Of a stretch of DNA of 41,163 bases, positions 40,481-41,163 are shown one piece after another. The DNA comes from a virus. Numbering within the stretch: the stretch's first letter is position 1; every line of letters begins with the position of its first letter. The notes beneath the pieces were generated by a model, which was not told the origin of the DNA, did no database searches, and saw only the letters and a program-made list of their open reading frames with translations. Both the position numbers and the translations under genes were made by a program. The stretch spans positions 1 through 41,163 of the IMG/VR virus record IMGVR_UViG_3300045988_125200; one strand, written 5' to 3'.

Positions 40481-41163
40481 CTACACCGGAAATGGTGCCG
40501 TATGATGCGAATTGGTATAGTTGACGGCTTCCTGCTGCATTGCTTTAAAGAACTTCTTAGCATCACCCTGAAGGATAACCTCAACCTTTGAGCCGCCATT
40601 GCTACCATTAAACTGCATAGCAGACACCATAGCGCTGTATACAGCGGGGCCAACTGCTGCAGCAATGGCCGTTGTGATCTGCTGACTATTCGCAACAGTC
40701 GACTTTCTACCAATTTTACCAATCATCTCAGGGCCGGCCTCATTTGCAATGAACATCTCCCCGTTCTGAGGGAAACCGCCTTTAGCATAAGTATAGAACC
40801 CTTTCGGATACTTAATCGTAAAGCCAGCAACTGTTTTTGAGCCCCAGTTGATGCCAATCCTCGGCAAACCGAGCCGTACCCATAAAGCACTTGCTATACC
40901 AAGCCAATTCTTAATCGTACCTGACCAAGTCTTGATCAATGAAATTTTCACTGCTAAATGCGAACCTATCAAACCAGCAAGCGTCTGGCCTGCTTTCTTG
41001 ACAAACGAAACAGTTGCTGTGAGACCAGTTCCGATTAAACCGGCAAGGCTTTGTCTCGCCTTCTTCACGAATGAAACAGTCGCTGATGTGGCTGTGCCTA
41101 TCAAACCAGCAAGTGTCTGGCCTGTTTTCTTAACAAATGTTACAACTGCTGTAAGCGCATTTC
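40481..41163 (-). CDS. Tape measure protein, C-terminal part (same ORF as 1..2386)
   Basis: Same frame as 1..2386 once the 54-nt overlap is removed (..VTFVKKTGQTLAGL|IGTATSATVSF..). The whole gene is 3,015 nt with a TAG stop at 40481. Confidence 0.85.
   Translation of the reverse strand, partial: NALTAVVTFVKKTGQTLAGLIGTATSATVSFVKKARQSLAGLIGTGLTATVSFVKKAGQTLAGLIGSHLAVKISLIKTWSGTIKNWLGIASALWVRLGLPRIGINWGSKTVAGFTIKYPKGFYTYAKGGFPQNGEMFIANEAGPEMIGKIGRKSTVANSQQITTAIAAAVGPAVYSAMVSAMQFNGSNGGSKVEVILQGDAKKFFKAMQQEAVNYTNSHHTAPFPV
40900..41163 (-). repeat. 66-nt (22-aa) tandem repeats inside the tape measure gene, part 2
   Basis: The same repeat unit continues (TATSATVSFVKKARQSLAGLIG, TGLTATVSFVKKAGQTLAGLIG) and ends in a degenerate copy, SHLAVKISLIKTWSGTIKNWLG. 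Confidence 0.8.
41110..41163. repeat. Terminal direct repeat, identical to 1..54
   Basis: Same 54-mer as at the start of the window. Confidence 0.95.

Larger units (their letters stand above)
1..41163. mobile_element. Complete temperate siphovirus genome, circularly closed contig (41,109 bp unique plus a 54-nt overlap)
   Basis: One full set of lysogeny, replication, packaging, head, tail and lysis modules is present. The terminal 54 nt are identical and the tape-measure ORF is continuous across the ends. Confidence 0.85.

Noticed and set aside
40471-40483. Tape measure TAG is in frame with the next gene (also 17629 TAG with gene 17257..17619), which suggested readthrough fusions
   Set aside because: In both cases a GGAGG-type RBS and an ATG lie within the 9-12 nt after the stop. 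Frame identity has a one-in-three chance expectation. Ordinary gene junctions are the simpler reading.
1-41163. Genome-wide TAG stop-codon recoding (code 15-like)
   Set aside because: Ten other TAG codons sit at natural gene ends, for example at 3652, 7420, 7871, 13691, 15446, 18818 and 22965. They are followed within a few nucleotides by an RBS and start, or by a second stop. Long genes show no internal TAG. Only two genes are interrupted, so global recoding is not supported.

Overview
The window is a complete, circularly closed temperate siphovirus genome from a Gram-positive host, probably Bacillota/Clostridia judging by GGAGG-type ribosome-binding sites and the gene families present. nt 1-54 are identical to nt 41110-41163, which leaves 41,109 unique bp. 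The tape-measure gene reads in frame across that junction.

Almost all lytic genes lie on the minus strand, in this order:
- Early and regulatory genes, 27580 down to 24675.
- Recombination and replication genes, 24675 down to 19662: DUF1351, Erf, SSB, ERCC4 nuclease, CHC2 primase zinc finger and an SF3-type helicase.
- A block of small, often Cys-rich proteins, 19431 down to 15446.
- An ArpU/RinA-like late regulator, 14934..15380.
- An odd cassette, 13184..14850: two tRNA-like elements, a DUF4417 gene with an in-frame TAG, and two proteins sharing an MGGRGxSSGMS leader.
- Packaging and head genes: terS, terL, portal, a MuF protein with a toxin-like C-terminus, a small moron cassette, Prp protease, scaffold and capsid.
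- Connector and tail genes, including a -1 frameshift in the chaperone pair. The tape measure wraps the origin, then come the tail tip, a receptor-binding protein, holin and endolysin.

The plus strand carries the lysogeny module, 27721..31696: a CI-like XRE repressor, ImmA protease, a DUF4041/T5orf172 protein, a lipoprotein and a tyrosine integrase followed by an attP-like region. It also carries a trypsin-like serine protease with its own promoter, embedded antisense in the early operon.

The items most worth follow-up are:
- the antisense protease moron;
- the tRNA-like / amber / leader cassette;
- a second in-frame TAG in an XRE regulator;
- the MuF C-terminal toxin-like module;
- the DUF4041 cargo gene;
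- intrinsic terminators sitting directly in front of ribosome-binding sites.

All family assignments come from motif recognition by eye. No database search was run.
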